DNA of 64,000 bases, from assembly GCA_965233175.1 (NCBI GenBank), contig CBDDRW010000099.1, positions 1,121 to 65,120 of the forward strand, read 5' to 3'. This document shows positions 56,784-64,000 of this stretch, piece after piece. Source of the stretch: an uncultured bacterium. GTDB lineage: Bacteria; Nitrospirota; Nitrospiria; Nitrospirales; Nitrospiraceae. Below the pieces are notes generated by a model. It made no database searches. It was not told where the DNA came from and saw nothing but the letters and a program-made list of their open reading frames with translations. Position 1 is the stretch's first letter; each line of letters starts with the position of its first letter. Made by a program: the position numbers and the translations under genes.

Positions 56784-59519
56784 ATGAGGGATATCACGAT
56801 GCAGAAGCGAACAGAAGAGGTGGTGCTGAGTATCGCCAAAGGTATCTCGACCGTGGCGGGTCACATCTTCTTTCATTCACTGATGGAACATCTGGCAAAA
56901 AGCCTTGGGGCCGACTATGCGTTCATCGGTGAGCTGATGAAGGGGCGCCCAGGTCGGGTACGAACTCGCGTCGTGTGGGGACAAGGCCGTCTTGCGGATA
57001 ATTTTGAATATGACTTGGCCGGCACGCCTTGCGCCGATGTGGTACGGCAGAATCTCTGCGGCTATAGAAGCGGGATCCAGCAATTGTTCCCGCTCGATCA
57101 ATTATTGGCCGACATGCAGATCGAGGGGTACGTCGGCACGCCTCTGCACGATGCCCACAGGAGAACGCTGGGTCTCTTGGTCGTGATGTTTCAGAAACCC
57201 GTGGACAACTTAGCCCTTGCCGAGTCCATATTGAATATCTTCGGCGTACGCGCTGCGTCGGAATTAGAGCGTCAACAAAGAGAGGAGGCCCTGCGCGAGA
57301 GCGAACAGCGCCTGAACCTGGTACTGGAAGCGACGAGTTCGGGGGTGTGGGATTGGAATGTCCAGACCGGGGAAGTCTATTTTGACGACCGATGGATCAA
57401 GTTGTTGGGCTACAGCCCGGAAGAAGTCTCGCATCATGTGGATTTCTGGGAGCAGACCGTCCATCCAGAGGATCTGCCACGCATCCGTCATGCATGGCGA
57501 GACCACTTCCATGGCCAGTCGCTGCTCTACGAATGCGAATATCGTCTGCGGACCAAGTCGGGGGTATACCGTTCGAATTTGGATCGGGGGAAAATCGTGG
57601 AGTGGGATGCCGACGGCCGGCCACTCCGCATGGTAGGCACCAACACGGATATCACCAATCAGAAACAACTTGAAACCCAGTTGCAACTCATTCAATTCGC
57701 AATTGATCGCGCCGCGGACGCAATTTTCATCGCTGATACGCACAAGCGCTTTCTGTACGTGAACAACGAGGCCTGTCGGTCACTCGAGTATACAAGGGAC
57801 GAGCTGATGAAACTGACGGTTTTTGACATTGCTCCATCTCACAAATCGGAGACGTTCCAGAAGCGGTTTCATAGTCTCAAAGAAGCCGGAGTGGTGCGCT
57901 ATGAGACCATTCACCGAACGAAGTCTGGCCGCGATATTCCGATCGATCTCACGGTTACCTTGTTTGAGCTTAACGGTACGATTTCAATGTGCGCCGTCGC
58001 GCGCGACATCACCGAACGTAAACGGACGGAGCAAGAGCAAAGCCGGCTCATCGGGGATCTGACCCGGTCGCAACAGCACTTTCAAGCCCTCTTCAACTGG
58101 ACTCCCTCGGCTGTCGGGATCAGTACACTACCGGAAGGCCTGTTGTGTGACGTGAATGAGGGATTTTGCCGGCTGACCGGATATGCGCGGGAGGAAGTGA
58201 TCGGTCGCTCGACGTTAGAATTGGGGTTGTGGGCCGATCCATCGGAGCGTGCGATTGTGCTCAAAGAAATTCGGGAACAGGGCCATCTGCACAATCGGGA
58301 AGGGCTGCTCCGAACCAAGTCAGGAGAGATTCGCACGCTCATGGTCTCCGTCGATTCGATCCAACTCGGGTCCACTCCCTGCTTGATCTATCTGAGCCAT
58401 GATATCACCGAGCGGAAGCGGGCGGAGGAGGCGTTGCGTGAAAGTCAGCAGCGATTCAGAGAACTCGCAGAGAACATCAAAGAAGTGTTCTGGATGTCTG
58501 ATCCTCAGAAGAATGAAATACTCTATGTCAGTCCTGCGTACTGGCAAATTTGGGGACGGACCTGCGAGAGCTTGTACGCATCGCCACGGTCTTGGCTGGA
58601 GTCCATCCATACGGAGGATCGAGCACGAATCCTCGATGCCGCTGTGACCAAACAGACCGCCGGCACCTATGATGAAGAATATCGTGTCGTGCAGCCAGAC
58701 GGGACCACGAGATGGATTCATGACCAAGCCTTTCCCGTCCGAGATGCAGCCGGAACAGTGTGCCGCATCGTCGGAATCGCGGAGGATATTACCGAGCGCA
58801 AACAGGCTGAGGGCCAGGCTCAGCGATCTTTAGAACAGCTCAGGGAACTGACCGGACAACTAGAAATGGTTGAAGAGTTGGAACGCAAACGGATCGCACG
58901 GGAGCTCCATGACGAGTTTGGTCAGATGATCACCGCCCTCAAGCTGGACCTCACATGGTTGAGCCGCCAGCATGACCAAGCGGGAAACGGAAGGCAGCCA
59001 GAAGCATTCGCTTACAGGCTGGAGGCCATGAAAAAGGTGGTGGACGCTCTGGCGCAATCTACCAGGCACATTGCCAGTTCCCTGCGTCCCAGCGTCCTGG
59101 ACGACCTCGGGTTGGTCCCCGCCCTGCAGTGGCAAGCGCGGGACTTTCAGGAGCGGACGGGCCTCGAATGCGAGGTCCGGCTCAGTGACGACGTCGCCCA
59201 GCTGCAGATCGACGACGCCACAGCAACGGCTTTCTTCCGCATCGCCCAGGAACTTCTGACCAACATCATCCGTCACGCGCATGCGCAGCGCGTGGAAATC
59301 AGCCTCTCGGCTGACAATGGTGTCCTGGCGATGATCATCAAAGACGATGGAATAGGGATTACGGAGAAGGACTTGGCCAAGCCGACGTCGTTCGGTCTGC
59401 GCGGTATTCAGGAGCGAGCAACGCTCATCGGAGGAGAAATCGAGATAGATGGCGCTCCCCATCAAGGGACTAGCGTGACCCTGCGTGTCCCCCTTAACCG
59501 ACTAGGTAAGGCACCGTGA
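56784..59519 (+). CDS. GAF, multiple PAS, HisKA_3 sensor histidine kinase
   Basis: GAF-like N-terminus; 4 PAS/PAC units each ending in DIT(E/N)RK; H-box ARELHDEFGQMITAL; HATPase motifs. Confidence 0.9.
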   Translation: MRDITMQKRTEEVVLSIAKGISTVAGHIFFHSLMEHLAKSLGADYAFIGELMKGRPGRVRTRVVWGQGRLADNFEYDLAGTPCADVVRQNLCGYRSGIQQLFPLDQLLADMQIEGYVGTPLHDAHRRTLGLLVVMFQKPVDNLALAESILNIFGVRAASELERQQREEALRESEQRLNLVLEATSSGVWDWNVQTGEVYFDDRWIKLLGYSPEEVSHHVDFWEQTVHPEDLPRIRHAWRDHFHGQSLLYECEYRLRTKSGVYRSNLDRGKIVEWDADGRPLRMVGTNTDITNQKQLETQLQLIQFAIDRAADAIFIADTHKRFLYVNNEACRSLEYTRDELMKLTVFDIAPSHKSETFQKRFHSLKEAGVVRYETIHRTKSGRDIPIDLTVTLFELNGTISMCAVARDITERKRTEQEQSRLIGDLTRSQQHFQALFNWTPSAVGISTLPEGLLCDVNEGFCRLTGYAREEVIGRSTLELGLWADPSERAIVLKEIREQGHLHNREGLLRTKSGEIRTLMVSVDSIQLGSTPCLIYLSHDITERKRAEEALRESQQRFRELAENIKEVFWMSDPQKNEILYVSPAYWQIWGRTCESLYASPRSWLESIHTEDRARILDAAVTKQTAGTYDEEYRVVQPDGTTRWIHDQAFPVRDAAGTVCRIVGIAEDITERKQAEGQAQRSLEQLRELTGQLEMVEELERKRIARELHDEFGQMITALKLDLTWLSRQHDQAGNGRQPEAFAYRLEAMKKVVDALAQSTRHIASSLRPSVLDDLGLVPALQWQARDFQERTGLECEVRLSDDVAQLQIDDATATAFFRIAQELLTNIIRHAHAQRVEISLSADNGVLAMIIKDDGIGITEKDLAKPTSFGLRGIQERATLIGGEIEIDGAPHQGTSVTLRVPLNRLGKAP

Positions 59520-59543
59520 AGGGAGAAATGGGAGCCAGAGATT

Positions 59544-60176
59544 ATGTTGAGAATCCTCGTTGCTGACGACCATGCCATCGTCCGCCAGGGATGGAAACAG
59601 ATTGTCGCGGAAGGCTTCGAACAGATGGTTGTGGTGGAAATCGAAACAGGACGAGGCGTGCTCGATTCCCTGAAGGATATGTCTTGCCACGCGGTGGTCT
59701 TGGATGTGGATCTGCCGGACATCAGCGGTCTCGACGTCCTCCGACAACTGAAAGCTTCCCGACCTGACTTGCCGGTTGTCATGTTGAGTTTTCACACGGA
59801 GGCGGAGTATGCCATTCGTGCCTTCAAAGCAGGCGCTTCCGCATATCTGACGAAAGACAGCGCTCCAGACGAACTGCTGGCTGCGCTGAAGAAAGCGTTA
59901 CAGGGAGGCAAATACGTCACGGCGTCCTTGGCTGAAATGTTGGCCGGAAGTCTGGGAAGCGATACTCCGACGTTACTGCATCAGACACTCTCGGACCGGG
60001 AACTTGAAGTCCTCTGCCTGCTAGCCAAGGGCAAAACCCTCACGGAAATCGCCGACCAGCTGTGTCTCACCGTTTCGACGATCGGCACGTACCGGACCCG
60101 CCTGCTTGACAAGCTGAAACTACGCACGACCGCGGACCTCATACGCTACGCCGTTGACCACCGTCTGACTAACTGA
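59544..60176 (+). CDS. NarL/FixJ-family response regulator
   Basis: REC plus LuxR HTH. Clear paralogue of 24491..25138 (…DLIRYAVDHRL). Confidence 0.92.
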   Translation: MLRILVADDHAIVRQGWKQIVAEGFEQMVVVEIETGRGVLDSLKDMSCHAVVLDVDLPDISGLDVLRQLKASRPDLPVVMLSFHTEAEYAIRAFKAGASAYLTKDSAPDELLAALKKALQGGKYVTASLAEMLAGSLGSDTPTLLHQTLSDRELEVLCLLAKGKTLTEIADQLCLTVSTIGTYRTRLLDKLKLRTTADLIRYAVDHRLTN

Positions 60177-60305
60177 CCTTTCCTCCCCTCCAGCACGACC
60201 ATCACATGACCCCTCTCCCTGCTCTCTGTGCGGCCTCCTGTCAGAAAAAACACGACAAGAGATTCGCGGTTCCTATGATGTGATGTCTAGAAATTAGCAG
60301 GCATA

Positions 60306-60728
60306 ATGTGCCTCAAGCTGAGGACTCAGGGCGAAGCTCGCGGCCGGTACAGGAGACCCCTCCTGAAGGTGGTCATCGCCGACGATGCAATCACGTTTCG
60401 CGAGCGGGTAAAAATTCTACTCGCCGACCTGCCTAAGGTCCAGGTTGTTGGAGAGTCCGGTGACGGAATAGAAGCCTTGCAAGTGATTCTGGCGTAGCGG
60501 CCAGACGTGGCGATTCTGGACATTCAGATGCCGGGCGCGAGCGGTGTTCAGGTATTGCGAGAGATCAAACGCGCGATCCCCAAGACGATCGTCATCATGG
60601 TGACGAATGCCAGTTCACCGGAATATCGAACGTGCTGTCTGGACGCGCGCGCAGACTTCTTCTTCGACAAGGCTGATGAATTCGAGATGATCCAGCATAT
60701 CATTCGAGATTTGTTGATACGGGCATGA
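60306..60728 (+). pseudogene. Single-domain CheY-like receiver interrupted by an in-frame TAG
   Basis: ORFs 60306..60497 and 60507..60728 are in the same frame. Read through they give ...EALQVILA*RPDVAILDIQMPGASG..., one intact receiver. Confidence 0.7.
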
Positions 60729-60941
60729 GCAGAGCTTGATGCGACTGTTCGGATCGTCGCCGCAACGTTCCAGCACCCTCACCCTGGCGCTTCGTATTCC
60801 GTATTTTTCGAACAGCCTCCGACTGCGACCAACGATTCCCCGACAGCAGAATCCGTGTTTCGCTGATGGCCTGCTCGCGGCTACTCCCGCATGCTGGCAC
60901 GGCACCAACCACTCACTCGATTGATCACAGAAGGACTATCC

Positions 60942-62954
60942 ATGAAAGTTGTCATTGCGGATGATGCGTCGGCCGTACGCGACCGGCTGAGCGCACTGGT
61001 GGGAGAGATACAAGGAATCGAAATTGTCGGGACGGCTGCGACCGCGAGCGAGGCCCTCGCCCTCGTCGAGACCCACCAGCCCAACGTGGCCATCCTCGAC
61101 ATCCGTATGCCGGAAGAAGGCGGGATCGCGGTCCTGCAGCGGATCAAGAGTCAAAAGTTCGGTCCGATCGTCATCATGCTGACGAATTACGACGAAAAGG
61201 AGTACCGAGCCGCCTGCCTTTCCGCCGGCGCCGAATTGTTTCTTGACAAAACTCACGGCTTGGATCACGTCGTCCCGCTTATACGGGGTCTGAGCAAGCA
61301 GTTTCATGCGCTGCACACCGAAATTGCCGCCCATAAGCAGACCTCTGCGGCGCTTCAGCAGACCAGCGAGCAGCTTCGGGAAACGATGGAGCGATTCCAT
61401 CTCGCGGTCCGCGGTTCAACCGATGGCCTCTGGGACGTCGCCTTTGTGCCGGGTGAACCCTGGCACGACCCGGCTCAACCAGTGTGGTATTCTTCACGCC
61501 TTCGGGAGATGCTCGGTTTCAAGGAGCATGAGTTCCCCAACGTGCTCGGGAGTTGGGATGCGCAGCTACACCCCGACGACCGAGCACGAGTCTTCGCCGC
61601 CGTCACGGCGCATCTCGATCGTCAGACACCTCGGTACGATATCGAATACCGGTTGTTTACCAAGGCGGGGGGGGAGCCCTGCTGGTTCCGCGCGCGCGGG
61701 CAAGCCCTTTGGGACGAATCCGGACACGCCATCCGCATGGCAGGGACACTGAGCGATATTACCGACCACAAGCTTTTCGAAACGCGGCTGCTCCAAACAC
61801 AGAAGATGGAATGTTTGGGCCAGCTGGCCGGCGGCATTGCGCACGATTTTAACAATGTTCTGACGACCATTCTTGGCTATAACGATGTGCTCCTGGGATT
61901 GCTCTCGCCAGAAGATCAGCGTTACGATTTCGTTCGGGAGACACGCAAGGCGAGCGAGTATGCTGTCGCGCTCACAGGCCAACTGTTGGCCTTCAGCCGG
62001 AAGCAGACCCACCATCCGCAGATGCTGGACCTGAATGCGTTGATCAGAAATATAAGTGAGCTGCTCTGCCGGTCGCTTGGAGGCCACATTGAGTTGGTGA
62101 CGCACTTGAATCCCTCGTTGAGACCCATTTTCTCGGATTCCAACCAGATCCAGCAGGTCCTCATGAATCTTGCGATCAACGCCCGCGACGCCATGTTCCG
62201 CAGGGGGACCCTCACGATAGAGACAGATGAAATCGAGCTGGACGAGGCTTTTACTCTCCAGCATGAATCAGTCTCGCCCGGTCCCTATGTGATGCTTGCA
62301 GTGGCCGATACCGGCTGCGGCATGGATGAGGAAACCAAGCTCCACATCTTCGAACCCTTCTTCACGACGAAGGGGGACCGAGGAACGGGCCTGGGTCTCG
62401 CCATCGTCTACGGGATCATCAAGCAAAGTGGTGGAAGCATCTGGGTCGATAGTGAACCTGGGAGAGGCACCACGTTTAAGATCTACTTTCCTCGCATTCC
62501 GCAGGGCGAGGACAGAACAGCGGACTCGTTGTCTGCTCAAAAGGAGGCTCCGCGAGGTGCCGAGACCATCCTTCTCGTCGACAATGAATGCGCGATGCGT
62601 AGTATGGCCAAGAACGTCTTGGAGTCTTTGGGGTACACCGTGTTGGAGGCGGGCGGCGTCGGTGAGATTCAAGAGATCCTACGGAAATACTACAAGCCAA
62701 TTCATCTGCTGGTAATCGAGGTGGCGATGTCGAAGATGCTCGGCCGGGAGTTGACCCAGAAGGTGCTGAAACTGCTGCCTGAGACAAAAGTGATTTTCAC
62801 GGCGAGTTACACGGAGGCCTGTGCCACGGCGGAGGGCTTGATGGACCCGGGCGGTGCATTTGTGCAGAAGCCGTTTACGATCCTCTCGCTCGCGAGCAAG
62901 ATCAGAGCGTTTCTGGATACGACAACGCCGACGGCGACGGACGGCGAGGAATAA
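60942..62954 (+). CDS. Hybrid histidine kinase: REC, PAS, HisKA, HATPase, REC
   Basis: MKVVIADD...VAILDIRMP; H-box GGIAHDFNNVL; GTGLGLAIV; C-terminal ILLVDNE receiver. Confidence 0.9.
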   Translation: MKVVIADDASAVRDRLSALVGEIQGIEIVGTAATASEALALVETHQPNVAILDIRMPEEGGIAVLQRIKSQKFGPIVIMLTNYDEKEYRAACLSAGAELFLDKTHGLDHVVPLIRGLSKQFHALHTEIAAHKQTSAALQQTSEQLRETMERFHLAVRGSTDGLWDVAFVPGEPWHDPAQPVWYSSRLREMLGFKEHEFPNVLGSWDAQLHPDDRARVFAAVTAHLDRQTPRYDIEYRLFTKAGGEPCWFRARGQALWDESGHAIRMAGTLSDITDHKLFETRLLQTQKMECLGQLAGGIAHDFNNVLTTILGYNDVLLGLLSPEDQRYDFVRETRKASEYAVALTGQLLAFSRKQTHHPQMLDLNALIRNISELLCRSLGGHIELVTHLNPSLRPIFSDSNQIQQVLMNLAINARDAMFRRGTLTIETDEIELDEAFTLQHESVSPGPYVMLAVADTGCGMDEETKLHIFEPFFTTKGDRGTGLGLAIVYGIIKQSGGSIWVDSEPGRGTTFKIYFPRIPQGEDRTADSLSAQKEAPRGAETILLVDNECAMRSMAKNVLESLGYTVLEAGGVGEIQEILRKYYKPIHLLVIEVAMSKMLGRELTQKVLKLLPETKVIFTASYTEACATAEGLMDPGGAFVQKPFTILSLASKIRAFLDTTTPTATDGEE

Positions 62955-63299
62955 GGGCTCACGACAGGAGCTGGGAGATGCCGCAGGTACTGATCACTGA
63001 TCGAGGAATGCCTCGGTGCGGAGGATGGTTTATGATTTTTGTCGCTGATCGATCACCGGACAGCACAGTCGGTCTCGCCCTCTCCCAAAAGAATCCAGTT
63101 AACCCAGCTGCAGTGAACCTCTTCATGCCGGAAAAGACGGAATCAATCCATTATAGAACTCATACGAACACAGTAGGACATGTCTTCACCATAACCGTCG
63201 GCGGACAGAGCAGACTCTTCTCTCTTGGACCCACCGCATTCGTCTTGGGGGACAGGTGTTGTTTTTCCGTGCTCTGGGTAGCCCCACGAAAGAGAAAGC

Positions 63300-63968
63300 A
63301 TGAAACCAGTCAGAGTTTTGATCGTGGACGATTACGAAGTCGTTCGAGTGGGGTTGCAAACCATGCTCAGCCGAGAGGGCAGTATCAGTGCCGTCGGCGA
63401 AGCGGCTACCGCCGCGGATGCCGTTGCTGAATGCTGCCGCCTCCGACCGGATGTAGTCCTGATGGATGTCCGCTTGTCCGGCGGGAGCGGAGTGGATGCC
63501 TGCCGTGCGATCAGAGATTCCTGTCCTGCCACGCGTGTGCTCTTTCTGTCTTCCTATGAAGACGATGAGGCGGTGCTCGCTGCGGTTTTAGGAGGGGCCT
63601 CCGGCTATCTGTTGAAGCACGTGGACGCCGAGGGGTTGCTGAGAGCTATTCATGCCGTCGCTCAGGGCCAGTCGGTCCTCGATCCAGCCATCACTCAGCC
63701 AATCTTGACACGCATGCGGTTGCAGAAAGAGGCGGCGTCAGAGCCTCAACGGACGACCCTTTCGGCCCAACAGCAGCGCGTTCTCGCGCTCATGGCCGAG
63801 GGGAAAACAAATAAGGAGATCGGCTCATCGCTCGAACTAAGCGATAAGACCGTGAAGAACTATATTCGATTCATCTTTCAGAAACTGAACGTGACTCGAC
63901 GTACCCAAGCAGCGGCCCTGTTCATCCGTGACTCCCCATTAGAGAAGCGTTCAAGTCTACAATCCTAA
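63300..63968 (+). CDS. NarL/FixJ-family response regulator
   Basis: VLIVDDYEVVR, VVLMDVRLSGGSG, and LuxR HTH LSAQQQRVLALMAEGKTNKEIG. Confidence 0.92.
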   Translation: MKPVRVLIVDDYEVVRVGLQTMLSREGSISAVGEAATAADAVAECCRLRPDVVLMDVRLSGGSGVDACRAIRDSCPATRVLFLSSYEDDEAVLAAVLGGASGYLLKHVDAEGLLRAIHAVAQGQSVLDPAITQPILTRMRLQKEAASEPQRTTLSAQQQRVLALMAEGKTNKEIGSSLELSDKTVKNYIRFIFQKLNVTRRTQAAALFIRDSPLEKRSSLQS

Positions 63969-64000
63969 AACATGGAATAGATCTGGAGGACCGTTCAATC

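Noticed and set aside
62978-63430. 150-aa ORF in the gap before the last response regulator
   Set aside because: It overlaps the regulator's start by 130 nt in another frame and has no motif or RBS. The 345-bp gap is better treated as non-coding, although I cannot exclude a small gene.

Overview
This is a high-GC bacterial chromosomal window. Gene content (14-subunit nuo operon, LuxI/LuxR pair, many HisKA_3/NarL two-component modules) fits a Nitrospira-like chemolithotroph, but that assignment is inference only. I found no rRNA, tRNA, CRISPR array, transposase or integrase.

Order of content:
- A rhodanese fragment, then rluD.
- A co-directional minus-strand cluster at 3348-10197: UbiE, a B12-type radical SAM, a Usp protein with three PCP_red-like modules, a SPASM radical SAM with one PCP_red-like module, and a CopD/HemJ-like membrane protein.
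- A roughly 1200-aa Upf1/DNA2-like SF1 helicase broken by a frameshift right after its Walker A motif, followed by an orphan membrane protein.
- uvrA lacking the insertion domain, then a 183-bp element with perfect 26-bp inverted repeats.
- An AT-rich patch of orphan ORFs, and a DUF3467-like gene divergent from an 845-aa HerA/FtsK-like ATPase.
- A two-component operon, then a luxI/luxR quorum-sensing pair with a near-canonical lux box and a FadL-type porin.
- uvrC, dapF and housekeeping genes.
- nuoA-N with a fused nuoCD, preceded by an NDUFAF7/MidA-like methyltransferase.
- A second dense two-component cluster that includes a receiver gene with an in-frame amber codon.

Non-genic structure is notable:
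- A 118-bp palindromic element occurs twice, each copy abutting a stop codon.
- Short words (GTGAAACGT, GTTCTCAG) are strongly over-represented at gene boundaries. They also appear in-frame inside the ATPase gene next to seven tandem heptamers.

The best candidates for undescribed biology are the radical-SAM/PCP_red cluster, the split helicase locus, and the repeat and word families.
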